Shown here piece after piece: positions 19,232 to 28,415 of a stretch of DNA of 64,000 bases. The notes under the pieces were generated by a model. That model had not been told where the DNA came from, did not search any database, and worked only from the letters and a program-made list of their open reading frames with translations. This DNA is from Patescibacteria group bacterium. GTDB taxonomy: Bacteria; Patescibacteriota; Patescibacteriia; Patescibacteriales; UBA12465. The position numbers were made by a program, and so were the translations under genes. Location: assembly GCA_041650715.1 (NCBI GenBank), contig JBAZKQ010000002.1, positions 9,568-73,567 of the forward strand. The letters run 5' to 3'. Numbering within the stretch: position 1 is the stretch's first letter; each line of letters opens with the position of its first letter.

Positions 19232-20356
19232 ATGAAATTTATTAGCCTCCAAGAAAACTTTAAAAGAGGTTTGAATATAACCGGACACATCACCACAAAA
19301 AATATCAATCTTCCTATTTTGAATAATATATTAATTAAAGCGACGGGGGGCAACATAGAACTTATAAGCACTAATTTAGAAATTGGGATAACTCACCAGA
19401 TTAGAGGAAAGATTGAAACCGAAGGAGAGTTTACGGTTGATTCAAAACTGATAGGTGAATATGTTAATCTGCTTAGTGGCGGCGAGAAGGTTAAGGTTGA
19501 AGCGCTTGAGAATGAATTAAAAATAGAGTGTGGCAGTTATAAGACTAAAATTAAAGGGGAGTCGGCCAAAGAGTTTCCTTTAATACCAACCTTGCCGCGC
19601 GACGGATACTACTCCTGTAAAAATGAAGAACTTAGAAAAGCTTTAAACGGGGTGGTCTTTGCGGTATCGAGCAGTGAAAATCGAATAGAGCTGACTGGCG
19701 TCTTATTCTCTTTTAATAAAAACAAATTAAGCCTGGCCGCTACCGACAGTTATCGTTTGGCCGAAAAAGAGGTGGCGATAAAAGCGGAGGGCATAGAAGG
19801 GGAGCAAAAAATAATAGTTCCCGCAAAAACAGTTCAGGAGTTATTAAGGGTTTTAAATAACATTGAGGGCGGCGAGCTCGACGGCGACCAAGAGATAAAA
19901 ATTTATGTCGCGGAAAACCAAATTCTATTTACGGTTGATTCGGTAGAATTAATCTCCCGGCTAATTAATGGCCATTATCCGGACTATAAACAAATTATAC
20001 CGGCCAAGAGCCAAACCGACGTTTTAGTAGAGAGGGCAGAGTTGGTTCGGGCCGTTAAAGCAGCCGCGCTATTTTCTAAAACCGGGATAAATGATATTAC
20101 CCTCCTGTTCTTTAAAGAAAAAATAGTGGTCTCGGCGTTCTCGGGGACAAGCGGTGAAAGCCAGATCGAACTTGCGGCCAGCGTAACGGGTGGCGACAAT
20201 GAGGTCACGATTAATTATCGTTATTTACTTGATGGACTAAATAATATTGAGGGCGCAATGGTGCGCCTCGGGATTGTTAACAATACTACGCCGTGTGTTT
20301 TGCGTCCCGAAAAAGAAGATAATTATCTATATATCGTTATGCCTATACGGCAATAA
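19232..20356 (+). CDS. dnaN: DNA polymerase III beta sliding clamp
   Basis: Three-domain clamp-like sequence starting MKFISLQENFKRGL at the ATG at 19232. The track's GTG start at 19031 would run across the A+T-rich intergenic region, so I trimmed it. Confidence 0.9.
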   Translation: MKFISLQENFKRGLNITGHITTKNINLPILNNILIKATGGNIELISTNLEIGITHQIRGKIETEGEFTVDSKLIGEYVNLLSGGEKVKVEALENELKIECGSYKTKIKGESAKEFPLIPTLPRDGYYSCKNEELRKALNGVVFAVSSSENRIELTGVLFSFNKNKLSLAATDSYRLAEKEVAIKAEGIEGEQKIIVPAKTVQELLRVLNNIEGGELDGDQEIKIYVAENQILFTVDSVELISRLINGHYPDYKQIIPAKSQTDVLVERAELVRAVKAAALFSKTGINDITLLFFKEKIVVSAFSGTSGESQIELAASVTGGDNEVTINYRYLLDGLNNIEGAMVRLGIVNNTTPCVLRPEKEDNYLYIVMPIRQ

Positions 20357-20391
20357 AGAAATAAAGAAATAAAGAAATAAAGAAATAAAAA
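20352..20391. repeat. Tandem 8-bp repeat (aataaaga, 4 perfect copies plus 1 degenerate) spanning the dnaN stop
   Basis: Read directly from the sequence: caATAAAGAAATAAAGAAATAAAGAAATAAAGAAATAAAAA. Confidence 0.9.
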
Positions 20392-20415
20392 AACCACCCA
20401 GGGGGTGGTTTTTTG
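20386..20415. terminator. Bidirectional intrinsic terminator (dnaN / PBP1A gene)
   Basis: ccaccc (20394-20399) pairs with gggtgg (20403-20408), flanked by an A-run and a T-run. Confidence 0.7.
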
Positions 20416-20431
20416 ATAGAGAAATAATAAT

Positions 20432-23272
20432 TTATTTAATCGTGACCCCAACGACATTACTTGGGATAATATCACCATTCCAATCGTGGAGCTCTCCATA
20501 AACCGAATATGAGCCCGTGCTTGTTACTTTAGTCCAAGGCAAAGTGAGGGAGTTGCTAAACGGCGGGCGCGCACTGCCGATAGCACTTAACTTACCGGCC
20601 GCGTCCTTGGCGATCAGACTAACACTGGCCACACTTTCCGGGTGAGACAAGTTAAAGGTTATGGGGAGGGGGAAATCAATTGAGTTGAGCGCGAGCCCGG
20701 AGTTGGGCGAGATAAGAGCGATACTGTTATTTGTGGCGGCCACGGGGTTATTGTTAATTAAAAGATTAAAGTTAATAGTCGCATCGGTGCAATTTTCAAT
20801 ATCATCACAAACATGGACGCGTAATGATTGGTAACCGTTAGTCAAAAAAGAAATTGGCGCACTAACATTATTAGTGGCCCCGGTTTGTGTTTGCCAAAGA
20901 TTGTTGTTAATAAAATAATCAACATGACCGATTCCACGTGGCGCTGTCGCTTCGATTTTGACGTTTAAGAAGTTATCACTAATCGTTTGGTTATTGGTAG
21001 GAGAAACGATGTTAACACTTGGTTTATTCTCTGGTTTGTGGGTGGCGTCGTAATTAGTGGGGAGAGTAAGAGCGGTGGAACTGGAATTTTTTAGTGACCA
21101 CGCTTGGACGGCGCTTTCCCAGAGATTAAATTGGGGGTCTTTACTTGGGTCGGATGGGATGGGACCGCGAGGATTGTCTTTATCAACATAATAGAGGATG
21201 CTGTGGTTTATGGTGGCGCTTTCCGTTACGATGAATTCGGGCGGTGTGGAGCTGGTAGCGAGGAGACCCGAACTCTGATCGATATTTACGGTTTGCGTCG
21301 GAACCTGGCCGTCTAGAATCGCTTTGCCGGTCGTGTAGTCATCGGGTGCCTTAAAGTTTTCAACTGGCGTGTCGCCTAAAACAGCTGCCATGTAGTCATG
21401 CCAAATTGGAGCGGCCACAACACTGCCGTCAGCGGCACCCTTCATGGCCGCGTTATCACTATTGCCCACCCAAACACCAGTAACGAGCGATGGCGTATAA
21501 CCAATCGTCCATGCATCATGATAGTCATTTGTTGTACCTGTTTTTGCGCCGACGGGGCGGCTACCAAGATTTAAATTATTTTTTGCCCCAAAAATATAGG
21601 TGCGGGCGGCATTGTCACTAAGCACGCTATTTATCATGCGCGCGACTTGTGAATCAAGCGCCTTCGTTTCGGCAGGCTTATATTCTTCAAGGACGTTGCC
21701 ATTTTTATCTTCAACTTTAAGAATGCTGACAACAGGGCTGACAATACCATCACGCGCGAAAGCACTATAAGCATTAGTGTGTTCAAGAAGTTCAACCTCG
21801 CCTCCGCCCAGAACCAGGGATAAACCAAAACGACTGCGCGGGAAGAGGGTAGTGTAGCCTAGACTTTCGGCGAGATCGATTACATTATTTATGCCGGCTA
21901 AGTAAATTGCTTTAACCGCCGGAACGTTTAGAGAACCGGCGAGTGCTTGGCGAATTGTTACCGGTCCGCGCTCTTTAAGATCATAATCATGCGGAGTATA
22001 AGGGTTAGCCGGGTCGGTTGAAAAATTTGTCACAACGTCATAAAGAATTGTGTTCGGCGTATAGCCTTTTTCAAATAGGGCGGCATAAACGATTGGCTTC
22101 ATTGATGAACCCGGCTGTCGTGGACGAGTGGCGACGTTAACTTGGCCGTCGATAGAGTCATCGAAATAATCACGCGAACCGACCATGGCTAAAATCTGGC
22201 CGGTTTTAGGATCGATGGAAACAAGGGCGGCATTATTCGCGCCATATTTCGTCGGATAGTCTTTGGTTTTTTCAGTAATAATTTGTTCGGCGATTTTTTG
22301 TTTATATAAATCAAGCGTTGTGTAAATTTTCAAACCCTCTTGTTCAACCATTTTTTCGCCATATTTTTCGGCCAGCATTTCTTTGATATACATGACGAAG
22401 TGCGGTGCAGTAATGTTGTTGTCGCGTGGTTTAAAAACAATTTCTTGTTTTTTGGCATTATCCCTTTCTTCGGCAGAGATATAGCCTTGCTCCGCCATTA
22501 AGTCGAGAACGTAATCTTTTCGGCTAAGGAGAATGTCTTTATTGTCGCCGTAAGGAGAATAACGGCTGGGCGACTGGGGGAGAGCCGCTAAAATAGCGGC
22601 TTCCGGCAAGGAAACGTCGCGCACGCTTTTACCAAAATATTTTTCGCTGGCCGCTTCAACGCCGTAGGCATTGGAGCCGTAGGGGATTTCATTCAGATAC
22701 ATCTGTAAAATATCGTCCTTGGAAAACTTTTTTTCTAATTGGTAGGCTAAAATTAATTCTTTAATTTTTCGCGTGAAGGTTTTTTCGTTGGACAAAACAG
22801 CATTTTTAATAAATTGCTGGGTGAGAGTTGAACCGCCGGCACTACGGCGATAAATAACATTAGTTACCGCTGTGCGGGCCATAGCCCAGATACTAAAAGC
22901 ACCATGCTTGTAAAAATTTTTATCCTCGATAGAGACCGTGGCTTCTTTTACGTAATTAGGGATATCTTTTAGGGGGACAAGGGTGCGTCTTTCATCGCCA
23001 CTGATTTCATAAAGAACATTTTCGCCCGTGCGATCATAAATTTTTGTGCTTTGGGCAATCTGGCGGTTAATTAATTGGTTTGGGTTAGGCAGATCGCGTG
23101 AAAGCCAGGCGACGGTGGCCAGGCCGACAATAATAAAGATACCCAGAAGCGTCAGGGCGCTGAGGAATAATTTCTTTTTTAGGCTTTTTTTGTTTATTTT
23201 TCGTGAATTACCGTGCTTAACATCCCCTCTCCAGGAGTCGTTTTGATGGCTACGTAGTTGTGGTATTGGCAT
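20432..23272 (-). CDS. Class A penicillin-binding protein (PBP1A family) with long C-terminal beta-rich extension
   Basis: N-terminal TM anchor. GT51 motifs (EDKNFYKHGAFS, GGSTLTQQ). Transpeptidase motifs SxxK (GSSMKP), SLN and KTGT (AKTGTTND). About 250 extra C-terminal residues. Confidence 0.9.
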   Translation of the reverse strand: MPIPQLRSHQNDSWRGDVKHGNSRKINKKSLKKKLFLSALTLLGIFIIVGLATVAWLSRDLPNPNQLINRQIAQSTKIYDRTGENVLYEISGDERRTLVPLKDIPNYVKEATVSIEDKNFYKHGAFSIWAMARTAVTNVIYRRSAGGSTLTQQFIKNAVLSNEKTFTRKIKELILAYQLEKKFSKDDILQMYLNEIPYGSNAYGVEAASEKYFGKSVRDVSLPEAAILAALPQSPSRYSPYGDNKDILLSRKDYVLDLMAEQGYISAEERDNAKKQEIVFKPRDNNITAPHFVMYIKEMLAEKYGEKMVEQEGLKIYTTLDLYKQKIAEQIITEKTKDYPTKYGANNAALVSIDPKTGQILAMVGSRDYFDDSIDGQVNVATRPRQPGSSMKPIVYAALFEKGYTPNTILYDVVTNFSTDPANPYTPHDYDLKERGPVTIRQALAGSLNVPAVKAIYLAGINNVIDLAESLGYTTLFPRSRFGLSLVLGGGEVELLEHTNAYSAFARDGIVSPVVSILKVEDKNGNVLEEYKPAETKALDSQVARMINSVLSDNAARTYIFGAKNNLNLGSRPVGAKTGTTNDYHDAWTIGYTPSLVTGVWVGNSDNAAMKGAADGSVVAAPIWHDYMAAVLGDTPVENFKAPDDYTTGKAILDGQVPTQTVNIDQSSGLLATSSTPPEFIVTESATINHSILYYVDKDNPRGPIPSDPSKDPQFNLWESAVQAWSLKNSSSTALTLPTNYDATHKPENKPSVNIVSPTNNQTISDNFLNVKIEATAPRGIGHVDYFINNNLWQTQTGATNNVSAPISFLTNGYQSLRVHVCDDIENCTDATINFNLLINNNPVAATNNSIALISPNSGLALNSIDFPLPITFNLSHPESVASVSLIAKDAAGKLSAIGSARPPFSNSLTLPWTKVTSTGSYSVYGELHDWNGDIIPSNVVGVTIK

Positions 23273-23391
23273 AATTATGTTATTAATATAAACCTATTAT
23301 AGCAGAAAAGGCAGCTTTATAGAAACCCAATAAAAAAAGGACAAAAAAGAAAAATATACCTTTAATAAGATTTGTTTTATAATGAGAACAT

Positions 23392-24177
23392 ATGAATATC
23401 ATTAATAGTTTGAATAATCAAAAAATAAAAGACTTGGTACGGCTGAAAAAGGCCGGCGAGCGACGGGAGGCTCAGATGCTTATTATTGATGGGGCGCGCG
23501 AAATTGAAAAAGCGAAAAAAAGTGCTTATGAAATAAGAGAACTTTTTTATTGTCCGGCATTAATCAAAAAAGAAGAAAAGAATTTTTTTGGGGTAGAAAG
23601 CGAAAAAATAACCGAAGTAAGCGAGCCGGTTTTTCGTAAGATTTGCTATAAAGAAAACCCGGACGGATTTTTTGCGGTGGTAGCTATTAAAAAAATTAGT
23701 CTTAAGGATATTAAATTAAGCAAAAACCCATTAGTAGTTATTCTTGAGGCCGTAGAAAAGCCGGGCAACCTCGGAGCCATAATTAGAACCGCCTATGCGG
23801 CCGGAGTAGAGGCAATTATTATTAATGATAATCAGACCGATATTTATAACCCGAACGTAATTCGGGCGAGTGAAGGTTTTGTTTTTAATGTACCAATTAT
23901 TATTGCCTCGGTAGTAGAAACGCAAAGCTGGCTCAAAAAAGAAAAGATAATAAGTTTGGCGGCTGCAACTGGTGGTAAAAAAAGTTATACAGAAGAAAAG
24001 ATGAATATGTCACTGGCAATTATCCTGGGATCGGAGGCTTATGGGTTGAGTGATAAATGGCTGACAAAGGCGGATAAATTAATTAAGATCCCGATGGTCA
24101 AAGGTATTGATTCCTTGAATGTTTCCGTGTCGGCGGCCATTCTTATCTATGAGGCGCATAGACAAAGGGAAAAATAA
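23392..24177 (+). CDS. TrmH/SpoU-family RNA 2'-O-methyltransferase
   Basis: SPOUT C-terminal motifs (EKPGNLGAIIRTA, ILGSEAYGLS, IPMVKGIDSLNVSVSAAI). Confidence 0.8.
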   Translation: MNIINSLNNQKIKDLVRLKKAGERREAQMLIIDGAREIEKAKKSAYEIRELFYCPALIKKEEKNFFGVESEKITEVSEPVFRKICYKENPDGFFAVVAIKKISLKDIKLSKNPLVVILEAVEKPGNLGAIIRTAYAAGVEAIIINDNQTDIYNPNVIRASEGFVFNVPIIIASVVETQSWLKKEKIISLAAATGGKKSYTEEKMNMSLAIILGSEAYGLSDKWLTKADKLIKIPMVKGIDSLNVSVSAAILIYEAHRQREK

Positions 24178-24257
24178 GGGAAATATTGAGTTTTTTAGGT
24201 TTGACAATACTTCGTATTTCTATTAATATAAGACAAGAATTAAAGGAAAAATGTTCT

Positions 24258-24329
24258 GCGCCCGTAGTTCAGCGGATAGAACGGGAGCCTTCTAAGCTCT
24301 AGACGAGGGTTCGACTCCCCCCGGGCGTA
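24258..24329 (+). tRNA. tRNA-Arg with anticodon UCU
   Basis: Cloverleaf: acceptor gcgcccg/cgggcgt (G1-U72 wobble), anticodon stem ggagc/gctct, loop cttctaa, T-arm gaggg-ttcgact-ccccc (one A-C mismatch). Confidence 0.75.
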
Positions 24330-24350
24330 CGTTTCTGAGAAACAATTTAT

Positions 24351-24422
24351 GGTGCCTATGGTTTAATGGTAGAACGGCGGGTTGTGGTCCCGCTAGCGAG
24401 AGTCCGATTCTCTCTAGGCACC
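24351..24422 (+). tRNA. tRNA-His with anticodon GUG and genome-encoded G-1
   Basis: An extra 5' G pairs with C73. Acceptor gtgccta/taggcac, anticodon stem gcggg/cccgc, loop ttgtggt, T-arm gagag-tccgatt-ctctc. Confidence 0.85.
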
Positions 24423-24487
24423 CACATAAAAATAACTCTAATATTAGGGTTATTTTTATTTTGCCCCCCAAAGGGATGACGAGCTAA

Positions 24488-24516
24488 TTGACAAAAAGTT
24501 ATATATATGATATAAT
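24488..24516 (+). promoter_or_regulatory. Consensus sigma70-type promoter
   Basis: TTGACA (24488-24493), a 17-nt spacer, then TATAAT (24511-24516). Confidence 0.6.
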
Positions 24517-24546
24517 ATTTTGTTACAATGTTCTTTTGAGGGTGAT

Positions 24547-24607
24547 AATTAGATTAACTATCGAGTCAACTATTTATATTATAGTGGACTCGATAGTTAA
24601 TCTAATT
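24547..24607. repeat. Perfect 21-bp inverted repeat with 19-nt loop in a 5' leader
   Basis: aattagattaactatcgagtc (24547-24567) is the exact reverse complement of gactcgatagttaatctaatt (24587-24607). It lies between the consensus promoter and the ATG at 24629. Confidence 0.9.
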
Positions 24608-24628
24608 GTTTACTTAATAAATATATAA

Positions 24629-24832
24629 ATGGAAACATTGCTTTGGATTGCAATAATCGTTATTTGGACAGGTTTTTCGATTTTGATTATAACAAAATTT
24701 GAAGGACACTCCATTAAAAAATTGGAATGCAAGCTAAAAGTTTATGAGCGCGCCTTACTGTTTTTTTTGTGGCCGCTTTCGATATTTTTAGTTATTTTCC
24801 ATGGACCACTAGAGGGCCCAGAAGATTGGTAA
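24629..24832 (+). CDS. Hypothetical small membrane protein (67 aa, two hydrophobic helices)
   Basis: Has its own promoter and its own terminator (gctgca..tgcagc plus T-run at about 24845-24875). Confidence 0.4.
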   Translation: METLLWIAIIVIWTGFSILIITKFEGHSIKKLECKLKVYERALLFFLWPLSIFLVIFHGPLEGPEDW

Positions 24833-25021
24833 ATAGCCAACCATTCGCTGCATCAAAATAGGTGCAGCTTTTTTATTTTATTAAATACTCCATCAAAAAA
24901 GTTTTCCATTTTCTCGAATGCCCGCCCATAAGGGTGCCCATAGGCTCGTTGACAAAAGATAAACAAAATGATTAAATTAAGTATTCTTTAAAAATGTAAA
25001 TATTTCAAAAATCGATTGATA

Positions 25022-25483
25022 ATGGAAAAGAGCAAAAAGTTTTTATTAGAAATTCTGGAGAATTGTTATCCAGAGGAAAATCTTTATGCTAAAGACATGA
25101 AGATCTGCAGTGGAAGCAGAATAGTTGTTTCTTTTTTCTTTCCAATGTATGTTAGGGCAAAAAGAAGCATATCTTATACTTCGGTGAATCAAATTGTACC
25201 TGCTGTATTAGAAGGGCTATATCTTGCAGCTGGCAATTATGCAAAAAATGAAAAAAATAAATTGATTCAATTTTATTACGAAGATCTTCCAGATAAGATG
25301 TGGTCTGCTATTTTCAGAGAATTTGATCACTTTGTTTTTTCACAAAAAATACCAAGCGAGACTCTCACGGAAATAACTTTTGAGGTGAAAGATGTCAAAG
25401 AGGTCAAAAACTTTTTTGTGTTTCATTTCAAATTTTTAGGACCAGTAAGAGGGTCGGCAAAATGTCTTATTCCAAAATGGTAA
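25022..25483 (+). CDS. Hypothetical protein
   Basis: I used the ATG at 25022; the track starts at a TTG at 25016. Upstream ttgaca-N17-ttaaat. Downstream hairpin gggggc..gccccc plus T-run. Confidence 0.45.
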   Translation: MEKSKKFLLEILENCYPEENLYAKDMKICSGSRIVVSFFFPMYVRAKRSISYTSVNQIVPAVLEGLYLAAGNYAKNEKNKLIQFYYEDLPDKMWSAIFREFDHFVFSQKIPSETLTEITFEVKDVKEVKNFFVFHFKFLGPVRGSAKCLIPKW

Positions 25484-25637
25484 AAAAACAGAGAGAAGGT
25501 GGGGGCAAATTAGCCCCCTTTTTATTTAAGATATAAGGGGTGGGATGCTTATTGACACATTGGGTAATCAGAGTTAATATAATTCATTACATTGATAATT
25601 GAATACAAAATAAATATAAATTAATCGTAAGAACACC

Positions 25638-25892
25638 ATGGAAACAGATGGAAGAATTTTAGAAACCGTTGATTGGATTAATCGTTTAGTGGCTAAACAA
25701 TGGCCAATTGAAAAAATATGCATTACTGGTCGCAGCCGGGTTGAAGTGATTTCAATTATAGAGGCGGTTTTTCCCAAGTCTATTTACATTAACTCATCGC
25801 AAGCTGAAATAAGCTGGTCCTTAGACGGGAAAATACTTGTAGCTACGCCCGCAGACAGAGATGATTGGAATATGTCCTGGAAGGAGGACTAA
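25638..25892 (+). CDS. Hypothetical protein (84 aa)
   Basis: Upstream ttgaca-N17-taatat promoter-like element. Downstream hairpin plus T-run. Confidence 0.4.
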   Translation: METDGRILETVDWINRLVAKQWPIEKICITGRSRVEVISIIEAVFPKSIYINSSQAEISWSLDGKILVATPADRDDWNMSWKED

Positions 25893-25947
25893 ATGTTTTT
25901 AAAAAGCACAACAGCTCTTTCGTAAGATTGAGCTTTTTTATTTAACA

Positions 25948-26517
25948 ATGATTGCGTGGTATAATGTGTATATGAATAACATAAACGATTATAAAATAAG
26001 AAAAACAAAACCGGGCGATGTCTTGGCTTTGCATGATATTTATTTAAAGACTTGGCTGGACACATATCCGAACAAGGAGTTTAATATCACGACCGAGGAC
26101 ATTATCTTTAAATATGAAAGCCGGCTAAAGCCGGAGATAATTAAAGAAAGAGAAAATAAAATAGCCCAAATCGGAGAAAATGAATTAATGTTGGTTGTTG
26201 AAAAAGACTCTAAGCTTGTTGGTCTATGCAATACGATCAAAAAAGAAAACAATAATGAAATTCAAGCCATTTATATATTGCCCGAATACCAGAGACTGGG
26301 TTTAGGGGCGGCGCTTTGGAAAGAAGCGCAGAAAATATTTAATCCTGAAAAAGAAACGGTCGTTCATGTTGCGTCGTATAACGAGAAGGCCATAAATTTC
26401 TATAAAAAATTAGGTTTTCAGAGTACGGGGAAGATTACGTTTTCGGAGTTTTCTAAAATGAGAAATGGTGCCGCAATCCCGGAGTTGGAAATGATTATTA
26501 AAAAACAACCAGGGTGA
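25948..26517 (+). CDS. GNAT-family N-acetyltransferase
   Basis: Acetyl-CoA-binding motif YQRLGLGAAL and AINFYKKLGF. The true start may be the Met at 25972. Confidence 0.75.
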   Translation: MIAWYNVYMNNINDYKIRKTKPGDVLALHDIYLKTWLDTYPNKEFNITTEDIIFKYESRLKPEIIKERENKIAQIGENELMLVVEKDSKLVGLCNTIKKENNNEIQAIYILPEYQRLGLGAALWKEAQKIFNPEKETVVHVASYNEKAINFYKKLGFQSTGKITFSEFSKMRNGAAIPELEMIIKKQPG

Positions 26518-26548
26518 GTGGTTGTTTTGTATAAGTTCGACGCAAGAA

Positions 26549-28264
26549 CTATTCAGCCAGTTTAAGTGAGGGCTGATTTTTTTTTGAGACGCCGACTAAC
26601 TCAGTCATTTTTTTAATGGCCAATGACGCCAGTGGGTTAGAATCATCTTTGGGTTCGACGTTTTTCTGCTTATCGATCGCTAAATCATAGACGCTTTTCC
26701 ATTCCTTAAGTGGAAGAGACAAACAGTCGATTTTTCCCAACATCATTTTATACTCATCGGAATCCGGAGCGGTATTTTCACACACGAGAAGATATTCGTC
26801 TAATGAAGCGGCGAGTAAGGCAATCTGTTTTTTTGCCATTTCACAATCTTGAATAAGGTGAGATTCATCATTTAAGATAAATAACCAATGCTGAAACGTC
26901 GTCGCCGAATCGAGAATTTTAGAAAACAGCATTTCCCGTACACAGAAATCTCTAAAACCAGATTTTAATTTTATCCAGCCAGAGCAGGGGACGCGATAGC
27001 AAGCAATTTGTTTATTAACAATAGCCATCAACTCGTTATCTCCCTGAGACGTCCCATAGAGAGCGCAGAGCCGATCAATTGTGTAGAAGCATTGGGCAAT
27101 CTTTATGAGCAACAATTCTCTTAGCAATTTTGGAGATTTTTTATCGACGTAAATTTCAAGCCACTTAGCTGAATTCGGCGGTGCATTTAAAAGCTCCTCT
27201 TTTGCGGTCGCTAATATACTCGGGTCTCGGTGCTCGAGTTTTGCCTGGTCGCTAATGACAGTTATCCAGAAGGCGGGCGTTGGCGATGTGGCTTTTAGCT
27301 TCTTTAAGTAAGCGGCCTTTTTTTCTCCGCTTCTTAAAACGCGATAAAGAGCATAATAATCTTCTGTTGAAACTGCGAGCCCTTCTAATTTTTTTAAAGA
27401 CGCTCTCAGGATTGAGTAAAAATTATGTTCTCTTGCCAAGTTAGCAAGAAATACCCAATTGCTAAAAGTTGAAGCAGTCGCTTTCATTTTAAGAAGCAAC
27501 TTATTAATGTCGGACCGGAATACGCTATTATTTGCTGGGAACAACAGATGAAGGAGCACCACGCCCAGCTCATTAGAGAAATTGTCAAAAGTAAGGGCCG
27601 TTAATTGCCTTTTTTTCATGACCAACGGATACAACTCTGAATAGATAGAGCTGTAATTTTTAAGAGCATTGCCTTTGTCTTGCCACTCATCGTAGGTCAT
27701 CTCAAGTTTATCAATCGCGGCAACTCCTTTTCCAACCAAAGGACTTTTCTCTTTTGCCTCAGTCATAATAAACATCCACTCATCGTAGGTCACGGCGAAG
27801 GCACTCATTCTTTCAAGCAGATCTTCAAATGGCTCATGCTTTGCGCTCAAAACAGCGACGACCTTTTTCCCACTTGCAAAATCGCTAACGGCTGCTTTTG
27901 CCTTCTCAAGACATAAGTCGCTTAAAGATCTCCAGTTAGCCCAAACGCTAATCTGTAGCCATCCATCGCAGGATAGAGTGAAGCTTTCAATGCGAGACAA
28001 AATAATCGGGCTCAGAAAGCTCTGATCAGGTTCATTATTGTAGTATGAAATCCAGGTATTAATTGGGCAGTCCGCGCTTTTCAAACGCTCGCTTAATAGT
28101 TTTATTAGCCGTTCGTTATCAAAGACGTGCGGGGCAATAAGAAAGACTTGTTCTGGCGATAAATCAGCGAAATAATAATCCGCTAATTTTTTTTCGAAGA
28201 GAACGACGGCTAAGCCAAAACCGACTTGGTCGATAAGTTTGGTAAATTCGGGGTTAGTTTTCAT
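26549..28264 (-). CDS. Hypothetical helical repeat protein with periodic Trp motif
   Basis: 571 aa. At least 10 occurrences of a [ST]-x-[DSQK]-x-W/Y-[hydrophobic] motif at roughly 35-50-aa spacing:
- TYDEWMFI, TYDEWQDK, TFSNWVFL, TFQHWLFI.
- PAFWITVI, SAKWLEIY, LKEWKSVY.
- CSGWIKLK, CDGWLQIS, INTWISYY.

No family recognised. Confidence 0.5.
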   Translation of the reverse strand: MKTNPEFTKLIDQVGFGLAVVLFEKKLADYYFADLSPEQVFLIAPHVFDNERLIKLLSERLKSADCPINTWISYYNNEPDQSFLSPIILSRIESFTLSCDGWLQISVWANWRSLSDLCLEKAKAAVSDFASGKKVVAVLSAKHEPFEDLLERMSAFAVTYDEWMFIMTEAKEKSPLVGKGVAAIDKLEMTYDEWQDKGNALKNYSSIYSELYPLVMKKRQLTALTFDNFSNELGVVLLHLLFPANNSVFRSDINKLLLKMKATASTFSNWVFLANLAREHNFYSILRASLKKLEGLAVSTEDYYALYRVLRSGEKKAAYLKKLKATSPTPAFWITVISDQAKLEHRDPSILATAKEELLNAPPNSAKWLEIYVDKKSPKLLRELLLIKIAQCFYTIDRLCALYGTSQGDNELMAIVNKQIACYRVPCSGWIKLKSGFRDFCVREMLFSKILDSATTFQHWLFILNDESHLIQDCEMAKKQIALLAASLDEYLLVCENTAPDSDEYKMMLGKIDCLSLPLKEWKSVYDLAIDKQKNVEPKDDSNPLASLAIKKMTELVGVSKKNQPSLKLAE

Positions 28265-28415
28265 GGTTTCTATGGTTTTTGTTGTTGTTTTTAAATAACT
28301 GATTAATGAGCAATCTTAACATAAAACGAGGATTTGGCAAGAGTGGGCGGCTTATGCAATAATTGTTGTGCTCTTTTTTATTATGGTATAATAAGATGAC
28401 TTAAATAATAAAAAG

